A DNA stretch of 64,000 nt from Nitrospinales bacterium (lineage in GTDB: Bacteria; Nitrospinota; Nitrospinia; Nitrospinales; VA-1): positions 256,001-320,000 of the forward strand of contig CBDCXL010000002.1 of assembly GCA_965223795.1 (NCBI GenBank), given 5' to 3'. Positions 1 to 8,481 of this stretch are shown here, piece after piece. The notes under the pieces were generated by a model, which was not told the DNA's origin, did not search any database, and saw nothing but the letters and a program-made list of their open reading frames with translations. Position numbers and translations under genes: made by a program. Within the stretch, counting starts at the first letter, position 1, and every line of letters begins with the position of its first letter.

Positions 1-1638
1 GACGATTATTTCTACAACTATTTGAACTTCGGCAAGTCTTTAACCGACAAGATCGACGTCACGGTCGGCGGCCACTGGCACACTTCGGAAAACCCGGATC
101 TGTCCGATGTCTATCCCGACCGCTATCAGGGGTTCCAGAGCGACCTGTTCAATGATGACGGCAGCGTGTTTCAAAGCGCGGCGGATAGAACCGATGTCTA
201 TTTCGGGGAAACGGGCAGCTACAGCGTCTACATGGAGCTGGATTTCCTGAAAAAGTTCAATGTCGGTTTCACCCGCTCGTTTCTCAGCCATCCCTCCACG
301 GTGAACGCCCGGCCCGACCGGGCGCTGTTCAGCGAGGATTCGGTGCTCAAGACCCTGCACCAGACGGTGCACGGAAAATTCAAATTCGATGTCACTCCCT
401 CGCTTTCCGGCATCGCGTCTGTGGACTATTCCTACTATGAACTGCTGCCGGACAGCAAATTCACCAACGACGTCGGCGGTTTCAACGCGTTCAAATACGC
501 GGAAGGGGAAAAGCTGAAATTCGAGCAGCAGTTGAATTATCGATACGACAAGAACCATCAGCTGGTCGGCGGAATCCTGTTCGAGGATTTCAATGCGCTG
601 CCGCGCACCGCCGATCTTCCGCAAAAATTCGATCCGGACAAGGCTCCCCAGGACCAGGGGCTGCTGTACCCGAACACGAACATTCCCATCCTGTTCTTCA
701 ATGTCGAATACCAGAACTACGGCGCCTACATTCAGGCGCAATCGCAATGGACGGACTGGTTTTCCACCACCCTCGGCACCCGGTTCGATTACGACTCCCG
801 CTTCGGCGAGACCTTCAATCCGCGTGCGGGGGCGATCTTCAAGCCGCACAAGGACACGGTGCTCGAAGTTCTGTACAGCGAGGCGTTTCTGGCTCCGTCG
901 CCGCAGCGTTCTTTCCAGCACTTCGGTTCCTTCGACGGCACGGTGAACGCCGATGGACTGTTCGAAGCGTTTTTCTTTTTCATCCCCAACCCGGATCTCC
1001 AGCCGGAAAAAACCCGGACGGTCGAGCTCAATGTGACCCAGAACGTGACCCAGGATTTCATCGTGACGCTCACCGGATTTTACACGCGGGTGGAGGACAT
1101 CATCGAAACGGTGCGGCTCAACGAACCGTCGAACTTCATTCCCGGCGCGGTGATCCTGGCGCCGCGGCGCGCGGAAAACGTGGGCGAAGCCACCGTGTTC
1201 GGCGGCGATGTGCGAATGGATTACCAGACGAACCTCAACCGCTTCAATCTCAAATTCTGGGCCAACTACTCCTGGGTGGACGGCAAGATCGACACCGGGG
1301 CGGGCACTTCCGAACCGCTGCCGCATGTGTCGCGCAACAAGGTGCGCACCGGACTGACACTCACTTACAACCGGAACTATTACATCACGCCGCGTTTCAT
1401 CTGGAGCGATAAAGCCGCGATCTTCCCTTCCGATTCATTCCAGAAAACCGATCCTTACGGCGTGCTGCACCTGCATGCGGGGGTGCACAAGATTTACAAG
1501 GGACTCTCCGGCTTCATCGACGTGCGCAACGTGCTCGACATAAAATATTTTCACACGGGAAACGCAAACAACCGGGATTTCGACAACGCGCCGCAGGACC
1601 CGAGACGCATCGTGGTGGGATTGAAATACAAATTTTAA
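1..1638 (+). CDS. TonB-dependent outer membrane receptor (C-terminal part; 5' end outside window)
   Basis: Frame open from base 1. Amphipathic beta-strands, LGTRFD, NPDLQPEK and VRNVLD..Y motifs, C-terminal Phe (GLKYKF). Confidence 0.9.
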   Translation, partial: DDYFYNYLNFGKSLTDKIDVTVGGHWHTSENPDLSDVYPDRYQGFQSDLFNDDGSVFQSAADRTDVYFGETGSYSVYMELDFLKKFNVGFTRSFLSHPSTVNARPDRALFSEDSVLKTLHQTVHGKFKFDVTPSLSGIASVDYSYYELLPDSKFTNDVGGFNAFKYAEGEKLKFEQQLNYRYDKNHQLVGGILFEDFNALPRTADLPQKFDPDKAPQDQGLLYPNTNIPILFFNVEYQNYGAYIQAQSQWTDWFSTTLGTRFDYDSRFGETFNPRAGAIFKPHKDTVLEVLYSEAFLAPSPQRSFQHFGSFDGTVNADGLFEAFFFFIPNPDLQPEKTRTVELNVTQNVTQDFIVTLTGFYTRVEDIIETVRLNEPSNFIPGAVILAPRRAENVGEATVFGGDVRMDYQTNLNRFNLKFWANYSWVDGKIDTGAGTSEPLPHVSRNKVRTGLTLTYNRNYYITPRFIWSDKAAIFPSDSFQKTDPYGVLHLHAGVHKIYKGLSGFIDVRNVLDIKYFHTGNANNRDFDNAPQDPRRIVVGLKYKF

Positions 1639-1724
1639 ACGCAGAGATTTTTATAAAGGATTCAGAGTAGTGCCACTCGATGGCCGCCACACACACGGTG
1701 TCTCCCTCTCTTTTAGGGAATATT

Positions 1725-2321
1725 TCAGGGGATCGAAGAACGGGTCACGCCGGCGGTCAGTGCAAAACGCATGGCTTCCTCCATGCTGAGATCCACCGGC
1801 TCGACCGCGCTTCTGGGCACCAGCACCGCGTAGCCGCCGATCATGTAACTCATCGGCAGGTAGACGAGAACCTGATCCTCGCATTTCAATCCACCGGGCA
1901 GGTTTTGCGAATCCGCCTGCGTCACAAAACCGATCACCTGCAAACCGTTGTCGGAAAGTGTGACGGCCACGACCTGCTCGAACTCCTTCTTGCTGACCGG
2001 TGAGAAATAATCGAAAAAGTCGCGGATGGCCCGGTACACCGATTTGATCAACGGCATGTGGTACAGAAGCTGTTCTCCTTTTTCAAACACCTTCTGCACC
2101 ACGTAAGTGTGCATCAAAAGCCCAAGCAGAAACATCCCCAGCAAGCCCGCGACCACACCCATTCCCGGCCAGTACGGGCTCTGCGGAAACAGCCAGCGCA
2201 CCAGACCTCCCATGGCGGATTCTGCGGACACTGCAAGCCAATAGAGGAGATACAGTGTGAGAAACACGGGAAGTATGGTGACCAATCCTGTGATCATATT
2301 TCTACTGATAAATCTCATCAT
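1725..2321 (-). CDS. DUF502 family membrane protein
   Basis: GLVTILP..LT, two TM helices, PLIKSVY, IGFVT, VYLP and MEEAMRF..TAG motifs. Start placed at ATG 2321 behind GGAG. Confidence 0.85.
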   Translation of the reverse strand: MMRFISRNMITGLVTILPVFLTLYLLYWLAVSAESAMGGLVRWLFPQSPYWPGMGVVAGLLGMFLLGLLMHTYVVQKVFEKGEQLLYHMPLIKSVYRAIRDFFDYFSPVSKKEFEQVVAVTLSDNGLQVIGFVTQADSQNLPGGLKCEDQVLVYLPMSYMIGGYAVLVPRSAVEPVDLSMEEAMRFALTAGVTRSSIP

Positions 2322-2424
2322 GGCAACTATCTCCATTTTCGGTATTGTGACGGGCGGATCGTCTTTTATAACTCTCCACCGCTTCGCCCTTTCAATTTTT
2401 TTCTCGTTTTGAATGAAGGGCGCT

Positions 2425-3675
2425 TCACTTTTGCTGATTGGAAGGAAGCTCGATGACAACCGTTGTGCCGACTTCCGGCTCATTCAACACGCTTATTTTT
2501 CCCCGATGCCGCTTGACGACTTTCCTGCAAATCGCAAGTCCGATCCCTGTTCCCTCGAAGGAATTTGCATTGTGCAGCCGGGTGAATGGTTCAAATATCT
2601 TATCAGCATATTGAGGATCGATACCGATTCCGTTATCGACGACTTTGATTTGACAAAATCCATTTTCAAGGCAACTCGCCTTCAAACAGACTCGGGGAGG
2701 AATGCCTTCTCTATGGTATTTAAGGGAATTGGAAATCAGGTTTTGCAGCAGCTGATGCAACTGGATGCGATCGCCATCGAGAGTGGGAAGAGGATCTGAG
2801 GTAATGATCCCACCGGTTTCTTCGATCTGCTCCGCCAGGTCTTCCAGGACTTCGTTGAGCAGTCCATTCAAATCGATCTTTTCAAAGGACACGGCTTCTT
2901 TACCGACTTTAGCCAATTGAAACAGATCTTCAGTGAGGTTATACATGCGTTTTGCCGATGCTTGAATGCGCTGCAGGAAATCGATTTTTTTGCACTCATC
3001 GAAATCGTCGCTCAAAAGACGATCGGTGAACAGGATGATTTTTCTCAACGGTTCCTTGAGGTCATGCGACGCCAGGTAAGCAAAATTTTCCAGTTCGCCG
3101 GCATATAGCCTGAGGTTTTCCTCAGAGCGTTTCTGTTCGATGACCAGACTGGCCAGGTTGGCCGAAAATTGGATGATCTTGATTTCATCCTCCTGCGGTG
3201 TGTGCACTTCTGTGAAAGTGAGTGCAAAGGTACCCAGCACATTGCCATTGGTCCCCAGAATGGGTGCGGAGCTGCAGGATTTCAATCCATGTACCGCGGC
3301 GAATTGCTTGTAATCCACCCAGAGGGGATCGGTGTCGATGTCCTCCACGATCACCATTTTTTTTGTGTAGGCCGCGGAACCGCACGATGCCGCCAAAGGA
3401 CCGATGACCAATCCGTTGAACGCCTCTCTCACCTCATCCGAAAAACTGGGTGTGGATCCGTCAACAAGCCGGGTCCCCGAATCGTCTAACAAAAAAATGG
3501 ACGCGTAACCGCCGCTGACTTCGCGTTCGACTCCCAGAGTGAGTGTGTCAAAAATTTCCTTCATCGTCCTGCCGGCAGCCAATTGTTCCAGCACGGAATT
3601 TTGCACGTTTAAATAGCGTGCCTGCATTTCAAACTCATTCGCCGTTTTCCGGCAGGGCGTATTCGACATCGTCAC
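2425..3675 (-). CDS. Cytoplasmic GAF-sensor histidine kinase
   Basis: GAF (SCGSAAY, DIDTDPLW, SAPILG); H-box ASHDLKEPL; N-box NLISNSLKY; DNGIGI; GTGIGLAIC. Confidence 0.92.
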   Translation of the reverse strand: MTMSNTPCRKTANEFEMQARYLNVQNSVLEQLAAGRTMKEIFDTLTLGVEREVSGGYASIFLLDDSGTRLVDGSTPSFSDEVREAFNGLVIGPLAASCGSAAYTKKMVIVEDIDTDPLWVDYKQFAAVHGLKSCSSAPILGTNGNVLGTFALTFTEVHTPQEDEIKIIQFSANLASLVIEQKRSEENLRLYAGELENFAYLASHDLKEPLRKIILFTDRLLSDDFDECKKIDFLQRIQASAKRMYNLTEDLFQLAKVGKEAVSFEKIDLNGLLNEVLEDLAEQIEETGGIITSDPLPTLDGDRIQLHQLLQNLISNSLKYHREGIPPRVCLKASCLENGFCQIKVVDNGIGIDPQYADKIFEPFTRLHNANSFEGTGIGLAICRKVVKRHRGKISVLNEPEVGTTVVIELPSNQQK

Positions 3676-4099
3676 CTCTACATTTTTACGTTTCTCTGGC
3701 TATTCCGGATTTCCGGAATCGACCTTTACGAATTGAAGGGAGTGCGATTTTTCAATGGATGGTGTCACATTATAACCGATAACTGCGGCGTTGCGGGAGG
3801 GTTTGAATACGCAGAAGCGGGCACAAAAAAGGCTCTTTCGAGATGGGCCGCCCAGTTGCTGATTCGTGGCCGTTCTCTAATTGAGCCCGTTTGTGTGTTG
3901 GAATGTTGCGCGGATCATCGCGGCAGTCGCTTGCTGCCGGGTCCTCCGCGAAGACGCAATCGCGCCTCACCCCTAGATTAGGGATTGTCTTGATATACGC
4001 ATATACCCGAATCGGGGTGTTTTGTTCAAGACAGGCCAATTCAGCCATTTAGAGCACAGCGGGAACGGCTCGCGAAGCCTTGCGGCCGCCCGCAGTGCT

Positions 4100-4792
4100 T
4101 CAGCAGTCCTCGCACTCGAAAGTGGTTTCTGAAATCCAGGTGACCTTGATGTAATCGGGCAGGATGGTGTTCTTGTTGATTCTGGCGTTTTTCAATTGCG
4201 CGCAGCTGATGAAGCGGGCGAACTTCAGATCGGTTCTCCTGCGGTCGGAACCTCTACGGTCTGCACTCCTGCGGGCTTTTTTCCTTCGATCCATGCCGCC
4301 CCTGCGATCCGTCCCGCGGATGTCCGCCCTGTCCAGCACGGCGCCGGTCAGAACAGCGCCGTTGAAATTGGTGCGTCTGAGGTCGGAGCCACTCAGATTG
4401 GCGCGGCACAGGTTGGCTTCGCTCAGATTGGCGCCTCTGAGATCGGCACCGCTCAAGTCGGCGTTGAGCAGATTGGCACGGCTCAGGTTGGCCTGCCAGA
4501 GCCTGGCCTCGCTGAGATCGGCTTTGGTGAGGGTCGCTTTGAAGAGGTTGGCGTGGCTGAGATTCGCTCCGCTCAGTTTGGCTTGGCTGAAATTGGAGCC
4601 TTTGAAGTCCGCTTCATTGAGCTGCGCTTCGTTGAGGATGACCTGGAAAAAATCCGTGTCGGGCAGTTGAACTTTCACCAGGTCGAATCCGGTCAGGTCT
4701 TCCCCGGCAAAGCCTTTTTCCCGAAGATGGGCGAGAACCTGGCTGTTTTTGGGAATCGGGACCCGCTTTTTCTCTTTTTCGGTATCCGTCAC
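4100..4792 (-). CDS. Pentapeptide repeat protein
   Basis: About 25 A(D/N)LSx-type pentapeptides followed by an Arg-rich DRR insert. GGAGGAG SD upstream. Confidence 0.9.
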   Translation of the reverse strand: MTDTEKEKKRVPIPKNSQVLAHLREKGFAGEDLTGFDLVKVQLPDTDFFQVILNEAQLNEADFKGSNFSQAKLSGANLSHANLFKATLTKADLSEARLWQANLSRANLLNADLSGADLRGANLSEANLCRANLSGSDLRRTNFNGAVLTGAVLDRADIRGTDRRGGMDRRKKARRSADRRGSDRRRTDLKFARFISCAQLKNARINKNTILPDYIKVTWISETTFECEDC

Positions 4793-4889
4793 AGTCTCCT
4801 CCTCCTGTCAATTATATAGCCAAATGGAAAAGAAAAAAACAGCCCGTGTTCATTATGAGGATTTGTCAAAATGATTTTGGACGATCCGG

Positions 4890-5399
4890 TCATCCCTCCC
4901 AGGGCCGGATGCGGGGAATCCATCGCGGCACGTTTTCCTTATAGCTCTGAAAGTCCTGCCCGAACCGTTTTTGCAAATCGGGCTCTTCCCAAAGCGGGAT
5001 CAGAACCAGGCAGGCGAGCGCGAATACCAGAAACCAGAAAAATAGGGGCAGGGAACCGAAAAGCAGCGCCTCGCCGATGAGCACGGTCCACACGCCCAGC
5101 ATCATGGGATTGCGCGTGTGGCGGTAGGGTCCGCGCGCCACCAGTTTTTTGGGCGGGTCGAACGGTGCCGGCGTGCCTTCTCCGTAATCGGTGAACAGGG
5201 AAACCGTGATCCAGCACAGATAAAGTCCGAAGGCGATAGCGGCGGCGCCCAGAATGGAACGGTGACTCTGAAACGAGAATGCAAATTCCCGCAGCGCACT
5301 CCCCGGACGAGTGAAGTAAAGCAGCAAAGCGGGAATCACGCCCATGACGTTGAGCGGAAACAGCAAAAAAGCTTTGATGAGATTGGGCGAAACTTTCAT
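4890..5399 (-). CDS. Isoprenylcysteine carboxylmethyltransferase / PEMT-like membrane methyltransferase
   Basis: GEGTPAP, LVARGPYRHTRNPM, EEPDL..RFG..F..Y...VPRW motifs and multiple TM helices. Start could be further upstream (5447). Confidence 0.85.
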   Translation of the reverse strand: MKVSPNLIKAFLLFPLNVMGVIPALLLYFTRPGSALREFAFSFQSHRSILGAAAIAFGLYLCWITVSLFTDYGEGTPAPFDPPKKLVARGPYRHTRNPMMLGVWTVLIGEALLFGSLPLFFWFLVFALACLVLIPLWEEPDLQKRFGQDFQSYKENVPRWIPRIRPWEG

Positions 5400-5756
5400 G
5401 GGCCTGGTTTCCGGCGGGGCGTCTGACAGCGTGCTGCCAATATCCAAGGACCGCGCCGCTGCTTGCCGGCCGTTCTCAGGCTGGCAGACGCACCGGCAAT
5501 CATACTGACCTTCTGTTCAGTATTTTATACTCTCCCTATTCTATTTTCTTCGCTTTCATTTTTCAGGTTCCGGTTTTTCAATGATTTTTTGTTTGGAACG
5601 ATCCTTGCTGGCAATAACAGCATAAACGGTTGATTTGCCGCGGACCCGCTCCCATCCCGCTCCACCGCATCCGGTTTCCGAGCGCCCGCATTGTCCAACG
5701 GCTACCGCGGCGGCGGGAACCCGCATCCACCTGTCATTGAACCCATGAGGAATCGC

Positions 5757-7232
5757 ATGAAAACACAAAGCCCGGACCAGCATCCGAAAAAGGCGTGCGC
5801 GCGTTTTGCTTTTGCAGTGCTTTCCATGATCGCAGTAATGATTCACAGCGGCTGCACCACAGGGCAGAGCGGCGCGATGCCGCGCACCGCCTCCATGAAT
5901 ACCGGAAACCCGAATGAAGGCGTCAACCTGAACAATCTCGGAGAATCGCACCGGGCCAAAGGCGAATACGACAAGGCCATCGAATATTATGAAAAGGCAC
6001 TGGCGATCGACCTGAAAAAATTCGGGCCGGACCACCCCAATGTGGCGTCATACTGGAACAACATGGGGGTCGCCCTGAACGCAAAGGGAGACTACGACCG
6101 GGCTATCAACTACTATCAAAAGGCGCTCAACAGCGACCTGAAGCGGTTCGGGCCGGACCACGCGCGGGTCACGACCTACTGGAACAACCTGGGAGAATCC
6201 TACCGGGCGAAAGGGGAATACGACAAGGCGCTCACGCACTACCAAAAGGCGCTCAACACCGGATTGAAAACGCTGGGCCCGGATCATCCCAACATCGCGA
6301 CCTACTGGAACAACATGGGCGTCACCTACAACGCCAAGGGCCGGTACGACAAAGCCACGGAATACCACGAAAAAGCGCTCAACAGCGGGCTTAAAAACCT
6401 GCCGTCCGATCACCCGAACATCGCGACCTACCGCAACAATCTCGGTGAAACCTACCGCTCGCAGGGCGAATACGACAAAGCCATCGCCCAGTATGAAGCA
6501 GCGCTGAAAAGCGATCTGAAACACCTGGGCGAACGTCACCCGAACGTGGCGGTCCGCTGGAACAACCTGGGCGAAGCCTGGAGGGGCAAAGGCGAGTACG
6601 ACAAAGCGATCGGCTACTACGAAAAGGCCCTCGATATCGGCCTGAAAACGCTTGGCACAAACCATCCGAATGTGGCGACCTTCCGCAACAACCTGGGCGT
6701 CGCCTGGGACGCGAAGGGCGACAGCGACAAGGCCATCGGCTATTACGAACAGGCGCTGGAAAGCGACCTGAAAACCCTGGGACCGGATCACCCGAACGTC
6801 GCCATGGACTGGAACAATCTGGGCGAAGCCTGGCGGGCCAAGGGCGAGTACGACAAGGCGATCGGGTACTATGAGAAGGCACTGAACAACGCCCTGAAAA
6901 GCCTGGGACCGGACCACCCGGAAGTAGCGACCTTCTGGAACAATCTCGGCGTCGCGCACCGGTCCAAAGGCGAAAACGAAAAGGCGATCGAATACTACGA
7001 AAAGGCGCTCCAAAGCGATCTGAAATCGCTGGGCCCCGAGCACCCGCATGTCGCCGGCGACTGGAACAACCTAGGAGTGGCCTGGAAAGAACAGGGCCAA
7101 TACGACCTGGCGCTCGAGTATTTTGAAAAAGCACGCCGGGTCTACGAAAAAAGCGGCCTGCACAACAAGAAAGAAACCGTGGTGTCCAATATGGAAAGCA
7201 CCCAGCAGGAAATGGAACTTGCACCGCGCTGA
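5757..7232 (+). CDS. Exported (possibly lipoprotein) TPR protein with ten 42-aa repeats
   Basis: Ten NN(L/M)G...GEYDKAI.YY.KAL...GPDHP units (kinesin-light-chain-type TPR). Hydrophobic N-terminus ending HSGC. GAGG SD before ATG 5757. Confidence 0.9.
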   Translation: MKTQSPDQHPKKACARFAFAVLSMIAVMIHSGCTTGQSGAMPRTASMNTGNPNEGVNLNNLGESHRAKGEYDKAIEYYEKALAIDLKKFGPDHPNVASYWNNMGVALNAKGDYDRAINYYQKALNSDLKRFGPDHARVTTYWNNLGESYRAKGEYDKALTHYQKALNTGLKTLGPDHPNIATYWNNMGVTYNAKGRYDKATEYHEKALNSGLKNLPSDHPNIATYRNNLGETYRSQGEYDKAIAQYEAALKSDLKHLGERHPNVAVRWNNLGEAWRGKGEYDKAIGYYEKALDIGLKTLGTNHPNVATFRNNLGVAWDAKGDSDKAIGYYEQALESDLKTLGPDHPNVAMDWNNLGEAWRAKGEYDKAIGYYEKALNNALKSLGPDHPEVATFWNNLGVAHRSKGENEKAIEYYEKALQSDLKSLGPEHPHVAGDWNNLGVAWKEQGQYDLALEYFEKARRVYEKSGLHNKKETVVSNMESTQQEMELAPR

Positions 7233-7249
7233 TGCCGTCTGTTTTCCCG

Positions 7250-7281
7250 CGCCCCCTCCGAATCGGAGGGGGCGTTTTTTT
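7250..7281 (+). terminator. Rho-independent terminator
   Basis: CGCCCCCTCCG-AAT-CGGAGGGGGCG perfect 11-bp stem followed by T7, just after the TPR gene. Confidence 0.9.
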
Positions 7282-7374
7282 ATGCTCTGAATTCAACCTG
7301 TTTAATCACTTTGAGCAGAGGGAGATCTTTTCCATGTGAATATTTATTTTCATCAAAACACGATTAAGAACGGA

Positions 7375-7866
7375 TTAAACAGGTCCAGCACTTCTTATTC
7401 GACTAGATGTGGGTCCATAAATGAATTTTTCCAATTCACTCCCCTCCACATCAATGACATACTGGTGCTCTCCTCCGAATAGAAATTGGGTCATAATATT
7501 CAAATTCCCAGGATCATTCTGATACCTTGCTCTACCAAACCATGCTTGAAATGTTTTTCCTGATGGAACGCGCATCTGGTAAATGCGATTCATAGAATTC
7601 CATTTCTCCAAGAGAGCCAAATCCTGCCTTAACATAGTTTTCAAAACCAATGTCTGAAGTGCCGGGTCCTGGGCTCTGTCCGTTGCAAAATCCAAAGCAT
7701 CCCAAAAAACGCATTCGTCAAACCAGTAAAGACCATGAGGTCGGTTGATGTTTCCATCGTGGTCTCTTCCTGCCAATCTCATAAGAGAAATAGGTCCATT
7801 GACTGTAATTTCTCGAGGTTCTCCCCAGAATGAGTCCCGAATTTTATCTGTCATTTTACAAACCAT
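7375..7866 (-). CDS. Hypothetical protein in an AT-rich patch; candidate ADP-ribosyltransferase/TNT-like domain
   Basis: AGGAG SD upstream. Motif series R..G...G.YW / LAL...WN / VP.G.....G.A..Q / GG..Q..I, recalled from polymorphic-toxin C-termini. Confidence 0.55.
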   Translation of the reverse strand: MVCKMTDKIRDSFWGEPREITVNGPISLMRLAGRDHDGNINRPHGLYWFDECVFWDALDFATDRAQDPALQTLVLKTMLRQDLALLEKWNSMNRIYQMRVPSGKTFQAWFGRARYQNDPGNLNIMTQFLFGGEHQYVIDVEGSELEKFIYGPTSSRIRSAGPV

Positions 7867-8118
7867 CTATCCACTCCTGGCTTGGAATAAATCGGATGAT
7901 TATTTAAACTCAATAAAAAGACCGCACTAAATGTACGTAATGTTGACAATTCTACCTGCCTATCATCAGCCAACCAGCCAAACTAGCTTTACTCATATAT
8001 TTCAATGGGTTATAATATTTACATTCGTTTACTGATTCTGGCGTGCATCCCGTTTTCAATCTAAGCAATGTAAATCTGTGACTTCCAAAACCGGGGGACC
8101 GGAACCCAACCGGTGTTT

Positions 8119-8445
8119 ATGAAACGTTTTGCGTACACAGTGTTTCTTTTTCTCGGCGCCTGCTCCAGCGCACCGGACATCGCCCCCGACACGCTGCGTT
8201 CCGGCGAGCCGCCGCGCGTGGAAGCGGCTCTGTCCGCAACGACCTACCGGATCGGGGATTATTCTGTCACCATCGCGCCCTGGGAAACGGTGAACCGCGA
8301 GTATCAGAAAGTCTGCCGGAAAAACTGCGACAAGAGCGTGAAGGGATTCGTCAACTACTCCACACGCGAAGTCTGGTCCATCGCCAGCATTCCCACCGTC
8401 CTGCACGAAGTGAAGCACATCGTCGAAGGCCATTTCCACGAGTGA
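8119..8445 (+). CDS. Small lipoprotein with HExxH zinc-metallopeptidase-like motif
   Basis: Signal with LGAC lipobox; C-terminal VLHEVKHIVEGHFH; CxxxC pair. Confidence 0.65.
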   Translation: MKRFAYTVFLFLGACSSAPDIAPDTLRSGEPPRVEAALSATTYRIGDYSVTIAPWETVNREYQKVCRKNCDKSVKGFVNYSTREVWSIASIPTVLHEVKHIVEGHFHE

Positions 8446-8481
8446 TCCCGGCGACAACGCCCGCCTGCAAGTTGATAATTC

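Noticed and set aside
3780..4099. Possible ncRNA or small ORFs in the long intergenic region
   Set aside because: Only scattered hairpins (e.g. 4053-4099 after the pentapeptide gene); no recognisable RNA family or SD-supported ORF.
5920..7170. CRISPR-like periodic repeats
   Set aside because: The repeats are degenerate 126-bp coding TPR units without unique spacers, and no cas genes are present.
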